Source: Nitrosopumilus sp. (GTDB lineage: Archaea; Thermoproteota; Nitrososphaeria; Nitrososphaerales; Nitrosopumilaceae). Taken from it: a DNA stretch of 64,000 nt. The notes beneath the pieces are model-generated. The model saw nothing but the letters and a program-made list of their open reading frames with translations. It did no database searches and was not told where the DNA came from. The position numbers were made by a program, and so were the translations under genes. Where the stretch lies: the NCBI GenBank assembly GCA_965207445.1, contig CBDBLX010000002.1, positions 1,399,849 to 1,463,848 on the forward strand, in the 5' to 3' direction. Every line of letters begins with the position of its first letter. Positions within the stretch are counted from its first letter, which is position 1. Below are positions 20,505 to 31,600 of the stretch, one piece after another.

Positions 20505-21166
20505 GACCCGTCTTTGCAGCATCCGCTAGGCCCAGAGGCACAACATCCTCAAAACCCCGCCATAAGAGGCAAAGTATCCGTAAACGTTGAAGACGTGGCA
20601 AGTTTTTTGATCTTGCAAAAAAAGAGGCAAAGACTACATCTGAAGGCGAGTTTACAAAGGTCATGTCTATGCTAGCAGATAATATACACCCGTTGATTCT
20701 GGGTGCCGTTAACAGATCTAGGAACGAGATCCGTTTCTTGGCAAAGACACTGCTAAAGCAACATCTGAATGACGCGCAAAGAATCGAATCCATTGTAAAC
20801 ACCCTTGTGGAGGAGCGGTTCTCCCACAGTTACCTGATGGGAAGAAAAGAGGCAAAGGACATACAACTTAACATAATCGACGTGCCTGCATCACTGACTG
20901 CAGGCATAATGAGCCTGTATCACGAGTATGCTCAGGCGCTACAGCTTGATGTCCCGTACAATGCTGAGACGGCACTGAGAACAGATACTGAAAAGACGAT
21001 TACACTGAACCATTCTTTGATCGAGAGTGAGCACATGACCCACACCTACTCTACAACCATCAGACTCAGTCGCGTGCAAATTGACGACTCGCAGACGGGC
21101 ATTCCAATGAGAACTATCAAGTCAGAGTCAATCAAAGAAGAGTGGCTACAAAACAACAATGTTTGA
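20505..21166 (+). pseudogene. 5'-truncated, frameshifted SDH-family (ClpP-class) serine protease
   Basis: DPSL..VSVNVEDVASF then, in another frame, IHPLILGAVNRS..HSYLMGRKEA; N-terminus lost at the MITE. Confidence 0.65.
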
Positions 21167-21616
21167 GATCTGATTATAAGATGCTTTATATAGAATTTTA
21201 TATATATACTATTAGACTTGACTGACAAAGCACATGAGAAAAATTATTCACACGAGAAACTTGATGGTGTCTTTGATTCAATGCCTGTCTTCAAAGAAAC
21301 CACTTCGGGGTTGGCATCTGCATCTCAGCTTGTGGACTCTACTGCAGACATAAAGTTTGTCTCTGACACGACTGATGCATCATATCTGCCGAATCCCACT
21401 CGTGACTAGCGCCCGTTTGAATCACATGAATCTAGAATCCTGTTCTACTGTTTACTACGCATTCCCGCCGCGGTAGGATCTAATCTACGTTCATGCGGAA
21501 TCTTTGTTCAAAATGTTTCACATAATGCAGTTCGTTGTTGGTTAGATCATAGTGTTTTGCCACGATGTAATCAATATGATCAATAATTTTCTTACAAAAT
21601 ATCTTATTTGTCTTAA

Positions 21617-21768
21617 TGTATGAACCAATCTTCCTGACTTATATGATCATTCAAAAATAACTCCTCACAAATGTATCATATGTACGATATTTAATATATA
21701 GATAAGAATATTACTATATACAAGTATATAATTTATTATTATGTCCAATGAGCTTGGTTTACACGAAA
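21617..21768 (+). repeat. Repeat family D (MITE-like, ~155 bp)
   Basis: TGAACCAATC...AAAATAACTCCT...GAGCTTGGTTTACAC; similar to the copies at 24071, 55280 (reverse) and 60537. Confidence 0.6.
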
Positions 21769-22209
21769 AAGTCGCTGCCACATGACTTTTTAATATAATT
21801 ATGTTATTGTAAAACTTGCCCCATATTATGCCATTTTTGTACCACCCACACACTCTCTACCTTTGACACTACTAACACAATATACACAAACTGGCCGTGC
21901 CGCCACCATCCAATCCGATGTTTTTGCCTTGAACAACGTGACGCTGCATGTTACCTGCATGGCCACCATATCACATACCATAACGCCTGTCCGATATCTA
22001 TCTAAACTGCAGCATAAGTGAGTGAGAGTTGTGGGGAGTGGGCAAGGGTGAACGCTTGCAACCCAAAGACACAAGGCAAAATCAAAAAAGCAAAATTGCA
22101 GCATTTGAAAGCTAAAGAGTGTCTTGCAAAAGAAAAGATAAACAAGATCGTCAGAAATTATTATTAGAAGAATAATTTTATGATCAATATACAAGCCTCA
22201 TATTACATT

Positions 22210-23874
22210 TTATTTTTTTGAGATATTCATATAATATTGATGTATCGTATCGTGTATTTTATCAATGTCTGTGATGTTATGGTCTATGATATACTGCAAT
22301 GTATTCATTCTATCTGTAAGATTAGATTTGACATCTGTTATACCTAACATTAATTTCATGTCTTGGGATAATTTCTGACTCTTTGCAATTACAGTGTCAA
22401 TATCATCAGGCAATAACTGATTTGAGGCATTATCATAATAGAAAATATCAGTTAACTGATTCTCATCTTTGATGATATTACCAGTATTGTCATACTTTTT
22501 GTTATTCTCAGTAATGGCAGTGAGTTTACGCTGCCTTTTTCCATCATGCAAAATCCAGGACATGTGTAAAATGTATGTTAAAAGAGATGTTTGGGACTTT
22601 GATAGTGATATGGGTTCTGCCTCTAGTCTAGTTATGGCATGCTCTGCATTTGTTGCATGGAATGAACACATACACCCAGAACCAGATGCTGCTGCTTGAA
22701 ATAGACCGTCTGCTTCCTTTCCTAGTATTTCACCTACTACAACAAAGTCGGGTCTAAAGCGCAATGATAATTTGCATAAATCAAACACATCAAAGTTCAC
22801 CATATTAGTATTACCAGCATTTAGTGACGAATTTATTGTAGTTTGATGTCGGCTCACATACTGGTGCGGCAACCGTAATTCCAAGACATCCTCGATAGTG
22901 TAATAATGCCAGTTTGGATTTGACATTGTAAAAATGGCATTTATCATTGTAGTTTTGCCTGCAGATGGAGCTCCTATTATCAGACCGAATCCACGCAGGT
23001 CCATTATACACCACAAATATGCAGCTGCCAAAGTTGAAAGTATGCCACTAGATAATAAATGATATATGGTAATATAAGATGTTGATGGTTTTCTAATTGA
23101 TATTGTGGGAGAGTCTGGTGTAATTTTACGATTGCCAGTAAATGTGTATCGCTCACCATACTCACCAGAAAACGATGTCATTGGTCGTGTATCATTGGGT
23201 GGCTCACCGTGTCGTTGTGATACACGCTGTATTAGTTGCTCCATGTCTGATTCGCACTGAAATTGCACGTTTGTTCTCAAAAGTGTGTGTTGAGGATGGT
23301 TCTTGTGAACTATTGCAACAGGTCGATTCCAGTATATACATAGTATGTCTTCAATATTAGGATCTTTCATGAAAACATCTAGTTCTGCTAGTCCCAAGAT
23401 ATTTCGCATCATATAATATTCAATTGACTCTTTTTCCATTTTCCACACATCAAAGTCAGATGTGCCTTTTGATTCTGCCTCTAATGTACGACGTAATAGA
23501 TTCATGATATTGTCGCGTTCTATGATATTGTCATATGTGAAAGAGTGGTGTATGTTAGTCATAAGTCGGTCGTATGCACGTCTAGCATTTAGTGAGAGAG
23601 GAGGCTCTCTTATGATGTATTGACCATCTGATGTTATGTATACGTGGGCGTTACCTCTATTAGATAGTGTTTTGTTGTTTGCAGTACTGCCACTGCCGCC
23701 GCCACCACCACCGTGTACATGTGAGGCATTTACCAAATATTCCTCTACAATATCATAGTTGGTAATATCAGCATCAAATCTACATATTGGATAGGTTATC
23801 TTTTTTCTTTCGCGTTCTATCGTTTTTCTTTTTTGTTGTTGTTGTTGTTGTTTTTGGTTATTTTGTTTCATCAT
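22210..23874 (-). CDS. Type II/IV secretion ATPase (TadA/VirB11/FlaI family)
   Basis: DPNIEDI, ISIRK, Walker A GAPSAGKTT, TIEDVLEL, SLRFRPDFVVVGEILG, SFHA. Confidence 0.92.
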   Translation of the reverse strand: MMKQNNQKQQQQQQKRKTIERERKKITYPICRFDADITNYDIVEEYLVNASHVHGGGGGGSGSTANNKTLSNRGNAHVYITSDGQYIIREPPLSLNARRAYDRLMTNIHHSFTYDNIIERDNIMNLLRRTLEAESKGTSDFDVWKMEKESIEYYMMRNILGLAELDVFMKDPNIEDILCIYWNRPVAIVHKNHPQHTLLRTNVQFQCESDMEQLIQRVSQRHGEPPNDTRPMTSFSGEYGERYTFTGNRKITPDSPTISIRKPSTSYITIYHLLSSGILSTLAAAYLWCIMDLRGFGLIIGAPSAGKTTMINAIFTMSNPNWHYYTIEDVLELRLPHQYVSRHQTTINSSLNAGNTNMVNFDVFDLCKLSLRFRPDFVVVGEILGKEADGLFQAAASGSGCMCSFHATNAEHAITRLEAEPISLSKSQTSLLTYILHMSWILHDGKRQRKLTAITENNKKYDNTGNIIKDENQLTDIFYYDNASNQLLPDDIDTVIAKSQKLSQDMKLMLGITDVKSNLTDRMNTLQYIIDHNITDIDKIHDTIHQYYMNISKK

Positions 23875-24070
23875 ATCACACTAAACCTTTTTGATCATAG
23901 TGCAAGGACACAACTGCAATCCCCACAAATTTACATTACACAACACATTCCAAATATTACTATAATGCCAATATGCATTGTCATAAACTACACGATCATA
24001 CCTGTCACTACTACAATACACCATACTTTCATAATCTATTATAATTTAAAAATACAAAAAACTAAAATGT

Positions 24071-24224
24071 TGTGTGAACCAAGCTCCATGACAGATGCAC
24101 TCATTTGAAAATAACTCCTAGCCAAATGCATTGCATGCACAATATTCAATATACAGACAAAAATGTGATCAAACACAAGTGTGTAATTTTATTATTGCAT
24201 CTAAAAATCTCGATTCACACAAAA
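24071..24224 (+). repeat. Repeat family D copy
   Basis: TGTGTGAACCAAGCTC...AAAATAACTCCTAGC...ATTCACACAAAA. Confidence 0.6.
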
Positions 24225-24295
24225 TATTTGATTTGCATCTTGGTAAGTACATATGACTGGCATTGTGACTGGTATATATGAATAATCGTGAGTGT

Positions 24296-24375
24296 TCACA
24301 TCTACTGAATGGTTCTTTATATGTAGTTGATCACATCTACTGAATGGTTCTTTATATGTAGTTGATCACATCTAC
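24296..24375. repeat. 35-bp tandem duplication x2.3 abutting the IS1595 TIR
   Basis: TCACATCTACTGAATGGTTCTTTATATGTAGTTGA repeated. Confidence 0.9.
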
Positions 24376-24455
24376 GGGGATTATATACAAAAGTATTCTA
24401 GGTAGTGTCCAGCACAGCTTACACACCATTATCCTGTTGCTTTGACCACATATGC

Positions 24456-27338
24456 CTACTTTATAATCTCAGATACCACACTGTCAATATTTTGGCTGAC
24501 TCCATCATCCCTTAGTGCCTGTTTAATTTTGTTATATGTTGGATCAGGTATGCCGGATGCTACTTGTTCGGCATGTTTAGCATAGTTTACAAGCTTTACA
24601 TGATTTGGATTTTTTTCATTGAAACGTGGAATTGGAATTTCATGCCAAAAATATGTGTGAAAGTCTCGGTCAGATTTTCTTGTTTGTTGAAAACGGTCAT
24701 GTAAATAGTCGGCATTTAGGATGCCCACTAGAAAAAGTGATTCCGACATAGATCTAGTACGTACTAGGTAAAGATTATCAGTGCACAGCATTGGTTTAAT
24801 TTGTCTTGCTGCATATAGATTGGCTCCGGACTTGTTATATAATACCAAATGTTTATTGAAGGGGAATTGATTACTCAAAGCATTGTTGAAATTAAGACGT
24901 TCCTCCAAAGTTTTTGGCGTGGTGGTACCAGTTCCACAATGTGCAGAATAAATGTCGGATACATGTCGCCACCATTTTTCATTATTACGATTTTTTAAGA
25001 ATGCACCATTATTATCTATGGGGAGTATTACATTGTATGGAGTACCAACTACAAAAGGATACAACCCATTCTTATTTGATAATACATCATGCATCCAAAT
25101 TTTTGGCACCCCATCGTTTACTTCAAATGTCATACCTCTCCATACCCCTTGAACACTATGTTTCGTAGTACCGTATATTCGGTTTTCATATTTTTTTGTA
25201 TTTTCTAAAATTACCAAACAATGTGGCACGATTGTAGCTCCTTGATGTGCTATTGGTTTTTTGTCTTCAAACCATTCAGATTTTTTTATTTTATATTGTT
25301 TTATAGAAATAAATTTAGATTTTTGATTTAACGTGTCCCAACTTTCAGACGGATTCGGTGTTCCTTCACCATCATTCATAACTAATCTCTGCGGTTTTTG
25401 TCTAGACATACCAAACATATTAACACATGCCTTGGAATGTTCGGGAAATGCTAAATCTCCCAGATCATATACTACTGGAGCCTTTGTCTGCTCGACATAT
25501 TTTATCCAGTTACCACCCTTCATGGCCGCATCAGGTAGCACCCAGCCGGATATCATATCTTCTAGGCCGTATATTTTCTGGCATTGAAGGACAAACAAAG
25601 ATGCAATGTTAAAGCCTGTTGCATTCTTACCACCTGACCATAGATCAAGTTTCTTTGCAAGTTGAATCGTTTCATTCTTACGCGCCTCATCTTGAATACT
25701 AGACATGCGTACCCATGGCGGATTTGCCACTATTCTCGATACGCTCTGCTTTAAAAGATAAACACCTGCATAATTTATCACATACCATGCCCATATGTCA
25801 TTGCCTTCTTTTCTGCATACATTTGTCAGCACGTTAAACGCCTTGTGTAGTACCTCTCGCCTTGATTCTTCCTTGATGTCATCATCGACTCGTGCCGGAA
25901 AAGCTCTGCCGTGTACTGCTGCTTTTACAAACTGATGCATTTTTGCATCAAAATTCTTTGATTGTATAAATTCAAGTGGCATGCGTATCTCGGTGCCTTC
26001 TCTTGACGTTATCTTGAAGATGTGGCTTTCCAACTCGTCTATCCTTTGCTGTTCGTCATCATCTACATTGCGGGTAATTTGTAGTGAATCACCTTGGTAC
26101 ACGTGTAATGGAGCACCGGGTTTGTCCGGCAGTGCGCGAAGTATATTGGCCTTTGCCATTGCGACTGCCACTGGATGTATGTCAATGCCATATATCATCT
26201 GTACTATCATATCCGTAAGATCACGATCAGTCATGGTTGCATCAATCACTGGTTTTGAATTTATGATGCGTCTTACTGCATGATAAAGAAACGTACCAGA
26301 ACCACATGCAGGATCCATAATACCACCAAGACTTTTGTTTGCGTTGTGATCATTTCCTGATCGTACCCAACTCTCAATATACTCATCATCTATCACATCC
26401 ATGCATAGTTTTTCAGCAAGCCAGTCTGGCGTATAATATTCACCATAGATGTGCCTGTCTTTTTTATCGACAAGCCCCATGTATATGGCACGCAGTGTAT
26501 CAGCAGTGGTTTGTTTCCAATTACGTTCTTTGATTAAAGCATCCACATATGAAAACCCGTCTGTGTCCTTGGCCCATGATGCAAACCCATATCTGATTTC
26601 AGCACTTCCGTACATTTCCGATATTTTAGTTGATATCACTATAAGCAGTGTATGTAACACAAATAACTCATCCTTATGGCCGCCATCAGGCTGGTTCCCT
26701 GATATCTTGAGTTGTCTGTACCACAATTCACGTTGTGTTATGACATCCCTTACATCCTTTTTCTTTTCATATGTATCTGTTAGTATCTCAAGAGATTCCT
26801 TGAACATGTCAGTGGGATCTTCAGGCGCCCATTCTTTTCCCACCTTTCTGTCCACTAGGAGTTTTTTGAGCATGTGTATGTTTGTCGAGTCTAAACGTCT
26901 GCCTTTCCATTCTGTAAGTGTCTTGAGTCCGGTATCTGTCAGTTCGAAAATATACCATATTTGACTGTCAGTAACTATCCCAAGCCATGGTAAATCCATG
27001 TCATCTTCTGACGTGTCAAGCCCTCTGATTTCATTTGGTTTTTCTGCATTGATGTATCTACCAACCTGGTCAAGTGGTGTCTCGCCTGGACGTGAGCCGT
27101 ATGCTTGATTATATGGCTGTGCATGTCCCTTTTGTTTTACTTCAATCATAACACGTCTGTTTGGAAGATAGATATCTGCTGGCCCTTCATTTGTTTGGTA
27201 TTCTACACGTACCATTGGAGCACCTACAGAATAAAGCCAGTCGCGAATGTTGGCTCGACGCGTTTCCTCATTATCGCTTACAGGGTGTAATAGGCGCCAT
27301 TCGGGTGTGTTCCTGTCACTGTTCTTTACAGAGGCCAT
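24456..27338 (-). CDS. Type IIG restriction-modification enzyme (N6-adenine MTase + PD-(D/E)XK nuclease)
   Basis: PADI..IEVKQ, GIVTDS, GEYYTPDWLA, MDPACGSGTFL, VANPPW, GILNA. Confidence 0.9.
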   Translation of the reverse strand: MASVKNSDRNTPEWRLLHPVSDNEETRRANIRDWLYSVGAPMVRVEYQTNEGPADIYLPNRRVMIEVKQKGHAQPYNQAYGSRPGETPLDQVGRYINAEKPNEIRGLDTSEDDMDLPWLGIVTDSQIWYIFELTDTGLKTLTEWKGRRLDSTNIHMLKKLLVDRKVGKEWAPEDPTDMFKESLEILTDTYEKKKDVRDVITQRELWYRQLKISGNQPDGGHKDELFVLHTLLIVISTKISEMYGSAEIRYGFASWAKDTDGFSYVDALIKERNWKQTTADTLRAIYMGLVDKKDRHIYGEYYTPDWLAEKLCMDVIDDEYIESWVRSGNDHNANKSLGGIMDPACGSGTFLYHAVRRIINSKPVIDATMTDRDLTDMIVQMIYGIDIHPVAVAMAKANILRALPDKPGAPLHVYQGDSLQITRNVDDDEQQRIDELESHIFKITSREGTEIRMPLEFIQSKNFDAKMHQFVKAAVHGRAFPARVDDDIKEESRREVLHKAFNVLTNVCRKEGNDIWAWYVINYAGVYLLKQSVSRIVANPPWVRMSSIQDEARKNETIQLAKKLDLWSGGKNATGFNIASLFVLQCQKIYGLEDMISGWVLPDAAMKGGNWIKYVEQTKAPVVYDLGDLAFPEHSKACVNMFGMSRQKPQRLVMNDGEGTPNPSESWDTLNQKSKFISIKQYKIKKSEWFEDKKPIAHQGATIVPHCLVILENTKKYENRIYGTTKHSVQGVWRGMTFEVNDGVPKIWMHDVLSNKNGLYPFVVGTPYNVILPIDNNGAFLKNRNNEKWWRHVSDIYSAHCGTGTTTPKTLEERLNFNNALSNQFPFNKHLVLYNKSGANLYAARQIKPMLCTDNLYLVRTRSMSESLFLVGILNADYLHDRFQQTRKSDRDFHTYFWHEIPIPRFNEKNPNHVKLVNYAKHAEQVASGIPDPTYNKIKQALRDDGVSQNIDSVVSEIIK

Positions 27339-27460
27339 GACAACAACCTCCTTTTCTTTTTTTGTTTTTGTGCAGTTACACTACATATAAAATATCGTTT
27401 GTCAAAAACATCTTTACAGTTAACTTTACATTTGCAAAAACAAAGCCCCCAATGTCGAGG

Positions 27461-27504
27461 GTACTTCTCTGTTACTTCTCTGTTACTTCTCTGTTACTTC
27501 TCTG
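27461..27504. repeat. 11-bp tandem repeat GTTACTTCTCT x~4
   Basis: Read directly, between the transposase and the RM gene. Confidence 0.85.
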
Positions 27505-27519
27505 TAATATTATTGACAT

Positions 27520-28467
27520 TCATACAACACCTCCATCAAGCATACTAGGAGTTATGAGCGTCTTATGCGTAAGCCTCGATCCGACCATGCTCTCGGCCAT
27601 TGTCCCCATCATATCTATCATGTCCATGTTCCTAATGTTGTACCGTCCTGCGAATTCATTAACGTATCGGTACAAGTGATCCTCTGAGATGTGGTGATAT
27701 ACACCGGCATACCCGCGCTTCATCGTGGACCAGAAAGATTACATGCCATTTGTATGAACATGTCCCCTTACATACTCTCCCACGGAGTGGTTGACGGATT
27801 CGTGATTCAACAGTCCGGTGTATGACGAGTTCTCATCTGTGTATTTCTTGTTGTCCTTGTCGACGTGCCTGTCGATGAAGTCAGTGAGTCTTGCCTTTGT
27901 GGTCTCCGGTACGAACTTGGCAGTTATCTTGTTGGTCATGCGATCCTTGGCCCCGACTACGGCAGTCTTCTTCTTGGTGCCCCTCTTGTCGGCGTGGCGG
28001 TTCATGTCGGAGTCGCCGAAGAACGCTTCGTCGATCTCGGCCGGACCCGTCATGCCGTCCACACCCACCAGATTTTTCCACAATTCGCGGAAGCGGTGTA
28101 TCATAAACCATGCGCCCTTCTGCGTCATGCCAAAGTCACGGTGGATATTCATTGGCAATACACCCTTGAGGTTGATGGCAACCAGATACGTGCCTATGGC
28201 CCACTTGCGGTATGAAATCTTGGGAGATTCCATGACCGTACCCCTCTTGACTGAAAAGTACGATCTGCATCCGTGATAATAATACGGCATGATCAGATGA
28301 CTTGCTTTTATGGTATCAGGGTTGTTGTATGTGGGACATCTGCGCCCGTCCTTTCATATCCTTTATTCGAACCACTGTTCGGCAGTCTTGTTGTCAGGGA
28401 ACATCTCAAACAACCTAATCAGCAGGATGCCCTTCCTGAAGTGCTTGCCCGGCGTATTCTGGCTCAT
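27520..28467 (-). pseudogene. IS1595-family transposase, disrupted
   Basis: MSQNTPGKHFRKG..FPDNKTAEQWFE*; AEIDEAFFG, YTDE, VNHSVGEYVRGHVHTNG*, KRGYAGVYHHISEDHLYRYVNEF. Confidence 0.9.
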
Positions 28468-28639
28468 GGTATTCTACTGCACCACTCGATACAAAGACTA
28501 CTTTTATATATAATCCCGGTGTTTTGTATCGTGCATTTAATTATCTCCATTTACAAGGTATGGACAGTCTCATCTATTTATTCTCATAAATTGTAAAAGT
28601 CATTAAAAATGAAGACAACGTCAGGTATACAGAATAACA

Positions 28640-31600
28640 CTAGACGGTAATCTTTTTGATCTGTTTGTATGCCACACATGATAGTATTAATCCCATTATT
28701 ACTAGTGATATTAACCACCATCTAGGCTCATCTAATTTCTTTGGGGCATATGGTTTTAGTGGTTCGACGTATGCATGTGCCTCACCGCCCCATTCATTAT
28801 ACAATATGATGTGTAATGTTTGATTCAGAGTAGGTGGGTTTCGCTGGGGTGGTGGTTGCTGCGACTGTGGCGTATGTTTTACATCATTACCCTCATCTTT
28901 TTGCACTAAAAGCGACAATGATGCAGTAGGTATGATACATAGATTATCATTATTATTGGAAAAACAGTAGGGTATTGTCACATTGTTAATTTCCACTCTT
29001 TTAACCATCCCAAAATTATATGGTTGTGAAATGATAAGACTACCAACATGTGTCTCTACTATGGCAATATTATCAGTTCTAGCATTTATGGTTATATTCT
29101 CTAGACCTCCAAAATTATAATATTCAGAGTTGTATGTGTGTATAGTATCATTAATTGATATGTGACGTGTGATTGGAGAAGGTAAAGATAGTCCTAGATG
29201 GTATGGTAGGCCTAATCGAAATGATTCAAGGTCATTTTTTGCATAAAGTTGTACTAGTGTTTGAATGTCATTTATCTCCGAGAGTGTGCGATTATAGTGA
29301 TAAGTGGTATCAATTATGATTTGAGGTTGTGAGGTTGTTGTATTATGATGTGGGGTAATGTTGTCAGTAGATGTAGATGAAGAAAAAAAGAACGTAAAAA
29401 ATGATGAAAGGGAGGTATCATTGGTGAAAATCGAACTCCATGGAATATTTTTTTGTCCACGTTTTTTGTTTTCATTTTTGTTATTGTTGGTATTGTTATT
29501 GTTGGTATCATCTAAATTATTACCATATTGCACATCATCATCATCATCACCATCTTGCAAAGATGGTTGGGATGTATCATTGTAAAATGCACTCATCTGT
29601 TTTTTGTGCGCCTCTATTATATCAGATGATATTGTAAAGTCAGCAAACTGCAGACTGGTTCGCAATATTGTAGTATTTAGTACACCATAACTATTCCACT
29701 CTTGTTGCATATCATATGTATCATCTAGTATCGCATTGGTGATTATGGTATTGTTTTTTGTATCGTGCATAATCTTGTCATGAATATATGATGAGAGATA
29801 TTCTACATTATCATTATTGCCACGATTACCTACAATGGCAGCATCAATATTACCAGATGTACTAGTATTACCAGATGTACTAGTATTACCATATTGCATA
29901 GTAGTAAAATTATACGGTTCGACTTTCAATCCCAACAAGTCTGCTGTTTGTATCGTGCCGTTCTGGTCAATTGATGTAATAATGATTTGTTTGGTAAATG
30001 GTGCATCTACATAGCGCATTATAGTCTTGTATAGATGTGTCTGTGCTAAACCTGCAAAATCATAACTATATGCATCAACTACACTAGTGATATTTTCATA
30101 TCTAGTGCCACCTGGCGGATGAGGTATAATGCTGCGATCATTATAGTTTATTGTATTGTTATTAAAAACATCAAAAGATGTTAAATTAAACAAAGAATTG
30201 AATCTCGGCAAGCTCTGTATATTTGGCAACCCTGTAGTAATATTTTGCAAAAATCTATTAGGTGCAATGTTGTTAATAGTGCTATTATTTGTCAGGGGAT
30301 TTTCATTATTGCCAAATATGTGACCGTCATTGAGAAATGTGTCGTTTAGACCAGTATTCCTAATCATATTAGCATGATCTAATATTGTAATGTTTGGTGT
30401 ATAATTTCTAGTTGTAAGATTTTTGTACCCAAAGACATAATCAGATATTGGCCACTCTAATAGTGCCACACCGTATCCTTGTTGTATGAACATTATACTA
30501 TTAGCATAATTTGTGTAAGAGAGGGCTGAAGAACTATTATTATTACTATGACCATATAATATAATATTACGCGCTTCATCTAATCGAGGTTTCTCTGCAG
30601 TGATAAAATCAATCTGATTGCCATAGTAATAGTCATAGGCAGTATTTGTCGTCTGCCAACTGTTGATATATGAGCGGCGTTCGGGCCACAAGATTTTATC
30701 TTTGTGTATGATAGTGTTAATATCATTGCCATTATTATCATTGATTTGATATCGCCTATTATTGTTATCACTGGTATGATCATTATATATTATAGTCGCA
30801 ACCTGATGTGTAGTTGATGGGACTATTATGGTCTGATTTATACTAGTACCATTAGATAATATTGTTTCAACAATTTTCGTTTTGGTTGTATGAGGCCACA
30901 ACTCATCTTGCCAACTGCCCATATATTTCATAATAATTCCACGTCGATTGTCATAACTATACTTGTGGCCATCTGCCAATACTGGATACGAATATGCAAT
31001 CTCATATACCGGATTGTACGCTACAATTGTAGCATTGGTTGTGCCATTACCATATGCCACATCTCGATTGATATTGTAGGCAGTCATATTATATGTAAAA
31101 TCATACAAACCATATGCAAAGTTATTTGTCGCATTGTATATGGTCATTCCATCACCATTACCATATGTGAGGAATTCGGTGTGCCATGTCTGTGGATATT
31201 GTAATTGAGTTTTATGTGTACAAGGAAATGTTTCTGTAGTGTTGATGCAATGAAAATGATCCTCTATTGGTAAAATTGTATTATTATGATGTATTGTAAA
31301 ATTAATGTGCTTGTACCTTTCATCTTTCCACTTCCATGATGGTTCATGATAAACATAAACAGGGTCATTATGATAATAGGTGCCATCTTTATTTTTAGCC
31401 TCATATTTACCATCATGTTTACCATCATGTTTACCAGTATGGTGATACATTGGGGGTTTTGTTAATATGACATGTAAAGAGGGATCTTGTATCAGAGGTG
31501 CAAAATTCTTGGTTGTAGTCTTTATGGCTTTGATCGGCGTCCCACCTGCCTGATGATATGGTGTTAGATATGTGCCCTTTAGTGTAAAATCAAATACTAT

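Larger units (their letters stand above)
24377..28517 (-). mobile_element. IS1595-family element carrying a type IIG RM passenger gene
   Basis: 22-bp imperfect TIRs: GGGATTATATACAAAAGTATTC (24377) and reverse complement GGGATTATATATAAAAGTAGTC (ending 28517); they enclose the transposase and RM genes. Confidence 0.7.

Noticed and set aside
21826..22194. 122-aa minus-strand ORF
   Set aside because: No recognisable motif; probably non-coding or decayed DNA
17581..23874. Archaellum operon
   Set aside because: No FlaH, FlaF/G cluster or chemotaxis genes; the context includes VirB4
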